Shown: positions 29,301 through 37,884 of the stretch, piece by piece
How positions within the stretch are numbered: position 1 is the stretch's first letter
Layout: every line of letters begins with the position of its first letter
Assembly: GCA_039630545.1 (NCBI GenBank)
Contig: JBCNUU010000002.1
Span: forward strand, 31,984 to 95,983
Source: Endomicrobiia bacterium
GTDB lineage: Bacteria; Elusimicrobiota; Endomicrobiia; DTEH01
DNA length: 64,000 nucleotides
Direction of reading: 5' to 3'
Notes under the pieces: generated by a model
Database searches by the model: none
The model's input: only the letters and a program-made list of their open reading frames with translations
What the model was told of the DNA's origin: nothing
Program-made: the position numbers and the translations under genes

Positions 29301-31134
29301 ACAAGAATTAGAATTTGTTTTATCAGAATGGAAAGATAAAGAATCAACAATTATAAACGAAATAAATGAACTGGTAGAAAAGAAAACCAAAGAAATAGAA
29401 AATTTACAAATTCAAAAAGAACAATTATTAGAAAAAATTTCTAAAATAGAAAAAGAAGGAAAAGAAACTATAGAAAACATTCAAAATGAAATTTCAAAAC
29501 TTAAATCTGAGATATCTTCTAAAAAAGAGTTATTTGAACAAGAATGGAGCTTAAAACAACAAGAATTTGAAGAATTAAAATCATCTTTTTATTCTGAAAT
29601 TTCAAATCTTAAATCAAAAATTAACTTAGAAGCAGATGAATATAAACTTAAACTGACAGAAAAAAATCAAGCTATATCTACCTTAAAACAAGAATACGAA
29701 GGAAAATATAACCAACTTTTAAATGAATATAACAATAAAAAGAAAGAATTTGCTGTAAAAATTGAAAAATTAACTTCTCAAATAAATTCGTTAGAAGAAG
29801 AACTCTCATTAAAACAACAAGAATATAATAGATTAAAAAGAGATAAAGAAGAAGAACTCAAGGAGTTAATATCTAAATTTTCAGATTTAGAACTAACAAT
29901 TAAATTAGAAGAAGAAAAAAGGACAAAACAATTAGCCGAACAGAAAGAAAAATTTGAAAAAGAAATAGAATATTATAAATCTCAGCTCGAAAAACAAAGG
30001 AAAGAATATTTGGAAAAACTTAACCTCCTCTTTGTTGAAGAACAAAGAATAACACAACAATATAATGAATTGGAAAAACAACTTTCTCAACAACTCTTAG
30101 AAGAAGAAAAAAATTATGAAATAAAGAAAGAAAATTTACAAAAAGAAATTAAATTACTTCAAGATAAAATAAAAAATATAGAGTCTGAAAATGAAAGTTT
30201 AATAAAAGAATTGCAAAAAGAAATAGACAATATTAAAACAAAAATTGCTTTAAAAGAAATAGAAATAGCATCTGCAAAAAATAAATTAAATTTTGAACTT
30301 AAAAAATTTGTTTCAGATTATGAACAAAAAAAAGATAAAATAATAAAAGAATTCAACAAGGAAAATATGGAAATTTTACAAAGAATTAAAAACAAAGAAG
30401 ATGAAATAAATACATTACAAACAAGATGTTCTTTAAGAAATCAAGCAATATTAGAAGAAAAAAGAAGAAGAGAAGAATTTATGGAAAGAGAAATCAAAAA
30501 AATAATGGATGAATTAAAAGAAATCGAAACAAATTATAAATCAAAAGAAAACTATTACAAAAATCGTATTCAACATTATAAAGAAAATATTGAACTTTTG
30601 AAACAACAACTTCAAATTTTGCTACAAAACTGGGAAGACGAAAAAAATAAAATGTTGTCAAAGAAAGAATCACATAAAAAACTATTAAATGAAGAGATAA
30701 ATATGTTAAAACAAAAATTAAATGAGTATAAATATATCATTAATGCTTTAGTTGAAAAAATAGAGTCAAAACTAAAATTAGAAAATGAACTTTTAGAAAT
30801 AAAAGATTCAGAACTTATAAAAGAAAAAGAAATTACACAATATGTGATGGAAAAGATCTTCTCAACCGTACCAGGAAAAAAATTTAAAGATAAAATTGAT
30901 AAAACTCAGCTATATAAAGCAATAGATCTATACAATGCACAACAATATGATATAGCATTGAAAGAATTTTTGAAGTTGCTAGCAGATGATGAAAATAACG
31001 AAATTGTCAATCAATACATTAGTTTATGTTATTATAATCTAAATGATATCCAAAATGCAAAAAAATATGCTTTAAAAGTGTTAGAAATTAACCCAGAAAA
31101 TAATGCAGTTAAAAATTGGCTTAAAGAAATATAA
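26323..31134 (+). CDS. Giant coiled-coil protein (1603 aa) with 61-residue repeats and C-terminal TPR
   Basis: K/E/Q/L-rich, almost no Pro or Gly; no Walker motifs; SD GGAGGAG; C-terminal TPR. Confidence 0.85.
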   Translation: MSIFDKIKIKFSQQDVRKNEISNNTDLAKSSCVSATSQKESQEDLSMLKENLLAEFHYLEQKIQQEREELLSRLNSKEEELVSLEMKLSSLEYKINFNKIDFGKEIEKIKNQISAELEKLNEEYNIEITKWQKKLENKSNEIEQLRNKIILEETQNKMLTEQKKQECKQEIEFLNNRVENLKKQLEEEKEKFLKRINEKDEEILKLKSLIELKEKQLKIEEEKYLLLAKDLNEKRITQISEMQRKFDEKIENYKKLYKAKEEEYFTIKNILEQKYQEWQQQQEEIVSNLQNKKRLYEEKINELSQEVEKIKKEYETIILQKEEEIKKLKVEIMLKETQQNALIEQKKKSLIDEEQKIHQQICELEQKFIKEYENYNKLIKDKDQEIIQLQILYQQRTSQLKEEWDKKIKKLQQEKENLEKEIIDLTNLLDTTKNKFFKIIEDKKDYIRTLKKQYYEKTEIFKKQFEELIEKALKEKQHLEEEYKIKEKEFTTRKNELEAILKKKEEEILYLNSKIEAEIENHQKKLLLLQKQFEYENRPLYIRISKLKEEIKNKEAKLKAFIEKKDKEIEQIVKDYENFKNEAEKRHLEKINEIENRKKQYETKIFNLQNTLLEYETQFKEKIAQLEEKLQQATKELSNIEENFEKEKQKIIEANKEEIKKIETEIASLQSKINDLSEYQTKIEQEKNTELNEWKNKLESLKQLKGKELEDLQKNAEKEYLKYEQELKNIEEKISYKKKEYDKILYEKQKNLETLISNLEQKKLTYEQQLLDLKKHWENNLTPLINKKKELQNEVILLETNSKNLIENYIKEINDLKLAYEEQQKTYQIQENQKKEEIKKIKQELFEKIKNKQQEIEEITQFYTQKLSELENNKNNIIFQNKKILENLELEKEKVNNEFENKKRELQKEIENLENKIVEINHTIKIQTDEKEKEKESLIIQLKELQKEKEAKLFKLQKTSELISDRLERRIKFYTETLNSLRNEYEKLISQKQQELEFVLSEWKDKESTIINEINELVEKKTKEIENLQIQKEQLLEKISKIEKEGKETIENIQNEISKLKSEISSKKELFEQEWSLKQQEFEELKSSFYSEISNLKSKINLEADEYKLKLTEKNQAISTLKQEYEGKYNQLLNEYNNKKKEFAVKIEKLTSQINSLEEELSLKQQEYNRLKRDKEEELKELISKFSDLELTIKLEEEKRTKQLAEQKEKFEKEIEYYKSQLEKQRKEYLEKLNLLFVEEQRITQQYNELEKQLSQQLLEEEKNYEIKKENLQKEIKLLQDKIKNIESENESLIKELQKEIDNIKTKIALKEIEIASAKNKLNFELKKFVSDYEQKKDKIIKEFNKENMEILQRIKNKEDEINTLQTRCSLRNQAILEEKRRREEFMEREIKKIMDELKEIETNYKSKENYYKNRIQHYKENIELLKQQLQILLQNWEDEKNKMLSKKESHKKLLNEEINMLKQKLNEYKYIINALVEKIESKLKLENELLEIKDSELIKEKEITQYVMEKIFSTVPGKKFKDKIDKTQLYKAIDLYNAQQYDIALKEFLKLLADDENNEIVNQYISLCYYNLNDIQNAKKYALKVLEINPENNAVKNWLKEI
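26551..30591 (+). repeat. Degenerate in-frame tandem repeat, 61 aa (183 bp), about 23 units
   Basis: KxxE(I/L)-type anchor at residues 77, 138, 199, 260, 321, 382, 443, 504, 565, then in the same register at 687, 748, 992, 1114, 1175 and 1358. Confidence 0.8.
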
Positions 31135-31153
31135 AAGGGGGTAATAAAAAGAA

Positions 31154-33586
31154 ATGGATGAAATAAATAAACCACAAATACCCAAACCACCTCTTCCTTC
31201 TAATAAACCATCGGGGCCTAAACTGCCTGTTGGGAACGATAAACAAGTTAATTTACCATTTAAAAAAACAACTCAACCGCAAATTAGTACTCCTTCTAGG
31301 AGTATATCGAGTAGTTCTTCAACTACTCCACCACAATTTTCTTCATCTATAGAACAAAGATTATGGGAAGCAGAACAAGCAAAAAGACAAATGGAAATTC
31401 AACTGCAAGAATTGCAAAGAATGTTACTTGAAGAACGGGAAAAACTTATAATGCAAACAATGAAAACAAAAGAAGAAGAAGCACTCGCTGCAAAAGTTGA
31501 AGAGAGTATAAAAGACATACAGGAAAGATTAAGAAGAGAAAAAAGAGAACAAGAACTGAAAGAAGAAAAAGAAAAACTCTTAAAACAGATAAAAGAACTT
31601 GAAGAACGACTGGCAAAAGAAAGAGAAACGTGGATAGAAACTTTAAAGACCCAGATGTCTCAAAGAGATCTCCAAGACCAGCAAATTGAACAGCAGTTTA
31701 TTGCTAAAATAAGAGATATAGAAGCACGTTGGCAGGAAGAAAAAACTAAATTTCAGTTAATTCTTAAAAATAAAGATGAAGAAATAAATAGAATTAAAAA
31801 TGAATATAAAGTTTTGGAAGAAAAACTTAAAGCAGATTTTGAAAAACAAATTGCAGAATATAAATTCCAGTATAAGAATTTTGAGAATGAAATAAAACAT
31901 TTAAAAGAGGAAATCACTGAAAAAGAAAAAGAGATTCTTGCATTGAAATCTACAATTGCCACAATGCAATCTGAGTCAAACATATCTAAGGATAAGTTTA
32001 ATTATGAAATTAAAAAGAGAGAAGAACAAATTATCAAATTACAAAATTTAATTGAAAATTTAAAAGCAGAATTACGAATCATCAAACAGGAAAGAGAACA
32101 AAAAGAAAAAGACTTTTTTTTATTAAAAACACAAATAGGAATACTGCAGGCACGTCATAAAATAGAAATTGATAAAATTATTCAACAAAAAGAAAATGAA
32201 ATAAAAGAACTTAAAAAATCGTTCGAAAAATTGCAAAATGAATTGCAAGCTAAAGTGCTTATATTCAATGAATTAGATGAAAATAACAAAAAATTAAACG
32301 AAGAAATAAAACAAAAGGATATTATGATCTCTAAGAAAGAACAAGAAATCTATAACCTTTCTCAAGAGAAAGAGTTATTACTTCACCAATTAGAAGAAGA
32401 AAGACAAAAATTAGAAAGTTTAAATAAAGAATATAATACTGTCGTATCACACTTTAAAGAAATGTGTGCTATTAAAGAAACCGAGATAGAAAAATTAACT
32501 AATGAATTAAATAAATATGTCAATATGTACCACGAAATTAAATCTGAATTTTTAAAATATAAACAAAATTTCTATAATGAAGTAGAAAAAAATGTAAATT
32601 TAAAAATTGAAGAATACAAAAAGTATATTTCACAAATCGAAGATACAAATAAACATTTATTCTTAGAGATAGAGGAAAAAGAAAAAATAATAAATGAGAA
32701 TATCTCTAAATATCAAGATATGAAACACAAATATGAAGAATTAGTATGTAAATACGAAAACGAAATAAAAAATATTGAAAATGTAAAACAAAATTATGAA
32801 AACAAAATAAAAGAGTTACATACAGCTAACAGTTTATTAGTAACTGAAAAAGAAGAATTACAATCTCAGATAACACATCTGAAAGATAAATTGTTTAATT
32901 TGGAGAAAATAAATGAATTATATATAGAGTTAAAGAAAAATTACGAAGAATCTCTACAAAAAATAAAATCTCTTGAAGAAGAAAAAAACAAGCTAAAAGA
33001 ATCACAAAAAGAGATAGAAAATTTAAATTTATTAATAACTGAACTAAAAAAAGAAAAGGAACTTTTGGAAACAAAATTTAAAGAATTGGAATTACAAACT
33101 AAAAATTATATTGCTCAACAGCAACAATTATATGAAAAGGAAAAGTATAATTTTGAACAACAAATAAATGAGTTAAACAAACAAAACAAAGAAAAAGAAA
33201 AAATTATCACAGAATTAAATTCTAAATTACTTCAATACGAAGGCGATAAAAAACGATTAGAAAAAGAATATGACTTAAAAATACAAGAAATAATAAAACA
33301 GCATGAAGAAACTATAGATAAAATAGATTTTACCTGGAAAGAAATTCATAATAAACTTTTAAAAGAATATAAAGTATTAGAAGATACAATTTCTCAAAAA
33401 GATGAAGAAATAGCAAAATTAAAATCGCGTCTGGAAACATTAATTTTAGCACAAAATATAAAAAACAATAATATAAAATACGAAGATCCAAAAATTCTTG
33501 AAGAAAAACAGATAAGTCAAAAACAAAAAAGAAAAATATTTTCAAAAATATGGTCATGGTTGTATAAACCTATTTTAAAAATATAG
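31154..33586 (+). CDS. Coiled-coil protein (810 aa) with Pro/Ser-rich N-terminus and amphipathic C-terminal helix
   Basis: KPQIPKPPLPSNKPSGPKLP N-terminus, about 700 aa of coiled coil, ends RKIFSKIWSWLYKPILKI. Confidence 0.82.
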   Translation: MDEINKPQIPKPPLPSNKPSGPKLPVGNDKQVNLPFKKTTQPQISTPSRSISSSSSTTPPQFSSSIEQRLWEAEQAKRQMEIQLQELQRMLLEEREKLIMQTMKTKEEEALAAKVEESIKDIQERLRREKREQELKEEKEKLLKQIKELEERLAKERETWIETLKTQMSQRDLQDQQIEQQFIAKIRDIEARWQEEKTKFQLILKNKDEEINRIKNEYKVLEEKLKADFEKQIAEYKFQYKNFENEIKHLKEEITEKEKEILALKSTIATMQSESNISKDKFNYEIKKREEQIIKLQNLIENLKAELRIIKQEREQKEKDFFLLKTQIGILQARHKIEIDKIIQQKENEIKELKKSFEKLQNELQAKVLIFNELDENNKKLNEEIKQKDIMISKKEQEIYNLSQEKELLLHQLEEERQKLESLNKEYNTVVSHFKEMCAIKETEIEKLTNELNKYVNMYHEIKSEFLKYKQNFYNEVEKNVNLKIEEYKKYISQIEDTNKHLFLEIEEKEKIINENISKYQDMKHKYEELVCKYENEIKNIENVKQNYENKIKELHTANSLLVTEKEELQSQITHLKDKLFNLEKINELYIELKKNYEESLQKIKSLEEEKNKLKESQKEIENLNLLITELKKEKELLETKFKELELQTKNYIAQQQQLYEKEKYNFEQQINELNKQNKEKEKIITELNSKLLQYEGDKKRLEKEYDLKIQEIIKQHEETIDKIDFTWKEIHNKLLKEYKVLEDTISQKDEEIAKLKSRLETLILAQNIKNNNIKYEDPKILEEKQISQKQKRKIFSKIWSWLYKPILKI

Positions 33587-33592
33587 TTATAG

Positions 33593-33621
33593 TTGAAATA
33601 AACAATAAAATTTATTAAACT
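33593..33621 (+). promoter_or_regulatory. Putative sigma70 promoter for the M16/OppA/M6/PorV-like run
   Basis: TTGAAA(33593-33598)-17 nt-TAAACT(33616-33621) in a 56-bp intergenic gap. Confidence 0.5.
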
Positions 33622-33642
33622 TACCATTAATAAATTGGTTTT

Positions 33643-34953
33643 ATGAATTTTTATGTATTATCTTTTTTATTTCTCTTTTTAAATTTTATTTATTCTCAAA
33701 ATATGAACACACATTTAATTTTTGACCCATTACAAGATAGAAAATTAAAACTAGATAATGGTTTAACTGTTTTACTTAAAAGATATTCTACTTTGCCATT
33801 AGTTTCTATTCAAGTGTGGGTAAAAGTGGGTTCTATTTATGAATCAGAAGAAATAAATGGTATATCTCATTTTCTTGAACATATGGTATTTAAAGAGACT
33901 TCAAAATATACTTCAACTGTCATTAGTAAAAAAATAGAATATTACGGAGGTATTATAAACGCTGGTACTTCTAAAGAGTATACAGTCTATTACATAGACA
34001 TCCCAAAGGAAGGAATAAAAGATGCTATAGATGTCCTTTCTCAGTTAGTTTTTTATGCTACTTTTCCAGATGAAGAAATACAAAAAGAAAAAAATGTAAT
34101 AATAGAAGAAATAAAAAGATTAGAAGACCAACCTATGAATGTATTATATGAAAACTTTAATGCTTTATTATTTACCAAAACACCTTATAAATGGAGAATA
34201 ATAGGAAGAAAAGAAAATATTCAATCTTTTACAAAAAATCAAGTTAAAGAATTTTATCAAAACTTTTATCATCCCCAGAATATGGTTTTAAGTATATGTG
34301 GAGACATAAATTATGAAGAGATTGAAAAACTAATTAGAGAAAGTTTTGGGAAAATAAATGGTTTCTCTTATACAAAAAGCATAAAATCAGACTTAAAAGA
34401 AGATCCTAAATCAGACATTATAGAAATTAAAAAACATAAAGTTCAACATCTTTATTTCCTGTGTGGATTTTTAGGTCCTAATATTAATGAATTCGAACAA
34501 TATGCTGGAGATATAACTTCCGTAATTTTAGGAGAAGGAGTTTCTTCGCGTCTATATAAAATTCTGAGAGAAGAAAAGAAACTTGTATATGAAATACACA
34601 GTGGATTTTACACGCAGATGGGACCTTCTGTTTTCTATATATTAGGGATTTGTGAACCTCAAAATTTTGAAGAAGCTATAAGAGCAATTAAAAATGTTAT
34701 ATCAAATCTAAAAACAGAAGGACCAACAGAAGAAGAACTAATAAAAGCTAAAAATATTTTGTTAACCAGATGGTATCTAAATAATGAAAATGTCCACTCA
34801 ATAGCATCTACTCTAGCCTGGTGGGAGATGTTTCTTTCTTTAGATGCTGCCAATTCTTATATTGAAAACATAAACAATGTATCAAAAGAAGATGTAAAAA
34901 ATTTTCTTGAAAAATATGGTGGTTATTTAGTGACCACTGGTTTACAACCATAA
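33643..34953 (+). CDS. M16B zinc peptidase, catalytic subunit
   Basis: GISHFLEHMVFK (HxxEH), NAGTS, SSRLYKILREEKKLVY; signal-peptide-like N-terminus. Confidence 0.92.
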   Translation: MNFYVLSFLFLFLNFIYSQNMNTHLIFDPLQDRKLKLDNGLTVLLKRYSTLPLVSIQVWVKVGSIYESEEINGISHFLEHMVFKETSKYTSTVISKKIEYYGGIINAGTSKEYTVYYIDIPKEGIKDAIDVLSQLVFYATFPDEEIQKEKNVIIEEIKRLEDQPMNVLYENFNALLFTKTPYKWRIIGRKENIQSFTKNQVKEFYQNFYHPQNMVLSICGDINYEEIEKLIRESFGKINGFSYTKSIKSDLKEDPKSDIIEIKKHKVQHLYFLCGFLGPNINEFEQYAGDITSVILGEGVSSRLYKILREEKKLVYEIHSGFYTQMGPSVFYILGICEPQNFEEAIRAIKNVISNLKTEGPTEEELIKAKNILLTRWYLNNENVHSIASTLAWWEMFLSLDAANSYIENINNVSKEDVKNFLEKYGGYLVTTGLQP

Positions 34954-34963
34954 TAATTTTTAA

Positions 34964-36277
34964 ATGAAAAATCTGTTTATCTGCTTTGGATTATGGAGTT
35001 TTTTTATGATAAATTTAATTTATACCCAATCATTTAATATAGTAAAACAAATTTTATCAAACGGAATTGTTCTAATACATAATTATAACAAACAACCAGT
35101 AATATCAACTTTTATATTTTTAAAAACAGGGACTATTTATGAACCTTATAATTTAAGTGGGATTTCAGAACTACTACATGCCACAATCACTAAGGGAACA
35201 AAAACACGAACTTCCTATCGGATTGCAGAGGAAATAGAATCTCTTGGTGGAAGTATTTCTGCTGAAAGTGGCGATGATTTTTCAACTTTATCTTTGACCA
35301 TACTTAATCAAAATTTTGAAAAAGGAGTGGAAATTCTTTCAGATATTTTTTTTAATCCTTTATTTCCTGAAGAAGAAATTGAAAAAGAAAAAATTAATAT
35401 CATTGCAGAAATAATGTCTAGAAAAGATAGCATCTTTAATGTAGCTATTGATGAATTACTCATTAGTATGTATGGAAAAAAACATCCTTATGGCCGAGAT
35501 CCTTATAAAGAAATAAAGTATATAAAGAAATTGAAACGAAAAGATATATTAGAATGGTGGAAAAAATTCTATGGAATAGATCTTAATAAAAAAAACATAG
35601 TAATTGTTGTAAGTGGTGATATCAAATTTGAAAAAGTCAAAGAAGTAATAGAAAAGAACTTTTTAAATATTAAAAAAATAACTTTACCTCCACTTCAACA
35701 CACTGGATTGAAACCTTCATATAGACATATTAAAAAGAAAACTCATTTTAAACAGGCATATCTTATGTATGGATATTATGCACCTTCTCTTAGAAAAGAT
35801 GATATAAAAAAGTATATAAGTTTAAAACTTATAAATTTTTATCTTGGTGGAGGGATGAGTGGAAAACTCTTTGAAGTTTTAAGAGAAAAAAATTCTTTAT
35901 GTTATGAAACTAATAGTTTCTACCCTGGGAAGTTTTTGGAGTCTCATTTTGTAATTTATTTAGGTTTAGACAAAACAAAAATGGATGTAGCTAAAAAAGA
36001 GTTAAATAATATAATACAACACCTTAAAAATCATGGTATAAATGAAGAAGAATTAAAAGAATGTAAAAACAAATTAAAAGGAAGAATTTTATTAGATCAC
36101 CAAACAAATTCTAAACAAGCCTGGTATTTAGGATTCTGGGAGATAATGGATTTAGGTTATGAGTTTGACAGAGAATATATAGAAGAGATAGAAAAAATAA
36201 CCTTAGATGAAATAAATACTTTCTTAAAAGACATACTAAACAATAAAAATACTATCGTGGAACTCATTCCCAAATGA
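34964..36277 (+). CDS. M16B peptidase, non-catalytic partner subunit
   Basis: HxxEH replaced by ELLHA; retains LGGGMSGKLFEVLREKNSLCY (R/Y motif). Confidence 0.88.
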   Translation: MKNLFICFGLWSFFMINLIYTQSFNIVKQILSNGIVLIHNYNKQPVISTFIFLKTGTIYEPYNLSGISELLHATITKGTKTRTSYRIAEEIESLGGSISAESGDDFSTLSLTILNQNFEKGVEILSDIFFNPLFPEEEIEKEKINIIAEIMSRKDSIFNVAIDELLISMYGKKHPYGRDPYKEIKYIKKLKRKDILEWWKKFYGIDLNKKNIVIVVSGDIKFEKVKEVIEKNFLNIKKITLPPLQHTGLKPSYRHIKKKTHFKQAYLMYGYYAPSLRKDDIKKYISLKLINFYLGGGMSGKLFEVLREKNSLCYETNSFYPGKFLESHFVIYLGLDKTKMDVAKKELNNIIQHLKNHGINEEELKECKNKLKGRILLDHQTNSKQAWYLGFWEIMDLGYEFDREYIEEIEKITLDEINTFLKDILNNKNTIVELIPK

Positions 36278-37881
36278 TTAATAATATAATTTTTTGTTAC
36301 CTTTTGTTGTCTTTTTGCACAATTTCAGCCTTAGGACAGGATTATGGAGATATTTATATTGAAGCATCTTTAGGAGACGCATCTTATCTAAATCCTATTC
36401 TTGCTACAGACTCAGCTTCTGGTGCTATAAATTCTTTAGTTTATAATGGTTTAGTTAAATATGATAAAAATTTAAATCTTACAGGAGACCTTGCTTCAGA
36501 GTGGGAAATAAAAAACAATGGAAAAGAAATAATTTTCTTTTTAAGAAAAAATGTATTATGGCATGATGGTAAAGAGTTTACAGCAGAAGATGTAAAGTTT
36601 ACTTATGAAAAATTAGTTGATCCTTCAATAAAAACTCCATATTCTTCAGATTTTGAACTTATAGAAAAGTGTGAAATAATAGATAAACACATAATAAAAT
36701 TTGTGTATAAAAAGCCCTTTGTGCCTGCATTAGAATCCTGGAGTATAGGAATAATTCCTAAACATATATTTCATACGGACAAATATGACTTCCATAAAAA
36801 TCCCGCAAATAGAAAACCTGTGGGTACAGGACCTTATAAGTTCTACAAGTGGATTACAGATGAAAAAATAGAACTTATTGCTAATGAAAACTATTTTGAA
36901 GGTAAACCTTTTATTTCAAGATATGTATTCAGAATTATCCCTGACCAAAGTGTACAATTTTTAGAGCTTCTTAATGAAAGTATTGATTCTATGGGACTTA
37001 ATCCTGACCAATTTTATGCTTATGAAGAGTTTTTTAGGTCGTATAATAAATTCAGTTATCCTTCGTTTTCTTATACATATTTAGGTTTTAATCTTACACA
37101 TCCATTATTTTCAGATAAAAAAGTAAGACAGGCTATTGCACACGCGATAAATAAACAGGAAATAATATCAGGAGTTTTACTTGGCAAAGGAAAACCTGCT
37201 ACAGGTCCTTTCCCTCCACAATCCTGGGCTTATAATGAAAATGTTGTAGATTTCGAATATAATCCTAAAAAGAGTAAAGAGCTTTTGAAAGAAGCAGGTT
37301 GGTATTTTGACGAAAATGAAAAAATTTTGAAAAAGATAATAAATAAAGGAAAAAAAGAAACAATAAATTTTAAATTCACTCTTATTACAAATCAGGGTAA
37401 CAAATCAAGACAACTCATAGCAGAAATAATCCAAAAACAACTTAAAGATATCGGCATAGATGTTGAAATTTTAATTTTAGAGTGGTCTATATTTATCAAT
37501 AACTATATTTTACCAAGAAAATTTGAAGCAGTAATATTGGGCTGGTCTCTCTCAAGAGATCCAGATCAATTTGCAATCTGGCATTCAAGTCAAAAAAAAC
37601 CAGGTCAGTACAATTTCGTTTCTTATACTAACTATGAGGTTGATAGATTGTTAGAAGCAGGCAGAATAGAATTTGATTTTGAAAAAAGAAAAAAAATATA
37701 TCAAAAAATACACAAAATAATTCATGAAGATGTTCCATATATTTTTTTATACTATCCTGAAGCTATGCCTGTTGTTCATAAAAGAATAAAGAATGTTGAA
37801 GTTACAAAAGCTGGTATCGGCTGGAATTTTATAAGATGGTTTGTCCCCAAGGAACAACAGAAATATGTAATTCAGTATTAA
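36274..37881 (+). CDS. ABC transporter peptide-binding protein (family 5, AppA/OppA-like)
   Basis: LNPILATD, GDLASEW, WHDGKEFTAEDVKFT, PVGTGPYKF, DKKVRQAIAHAIN. Confidence 0.92.
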   Translation: MINNIIFCYLLLSFCTISALGQDYGDIYIEASLGDASYLNPILATDSASGAINSLVYNGLVKYDKNLNLTGDLASEWEIKNNGKEIIFFLRKNVLWHDGKEFTAEDVKFTYEKLVDPSIKTPYSSDFELIEKCEIIDKHIIKFVYKKPFVPALESWSIGIIPKHIFHTDKYDFHKNPANRKPVGTGPYKFYKWITDEKIELIANENYFEGKPFISRYVFRIIPDQSVQFLELLNESIDSMGLNPDQFYAYEEFFRSYNKFSYPSFSYTYLGFNLTHPLFSDKKVRQAIAHAINKQEIISGVLLGKGKPATGPFPPQSWAYNENVVDFEYNPKKSKELLKEAGWYFDENEKILKKIINKGKKETINFKFTLITNQGNKSRQLIAEIIQKQLKDIGIDVEILILEWSIFINNYILPRKFEAVILGWSLSRDPDQFAIWHSSQKKPGQYNFVSYTNYEVDRLLEAGRIEFDFEKRKKIYQKIHKIIHEDVPYIFLYYPEAMPVVHKRIKNVEVTKAGIGWNFIRWFVPKEQQKYVIQY

Positions 37882-37884
37882 TTT

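Noticed and set aside
26323..33586. SMC/SbcC ATPase or phage tape-measure interpretation of the coiled coils
   Set aside because: No Walker A/B, signature or hinge motif; K/E-rich rather than Ala/Gly-rich; no phage genes nearby.
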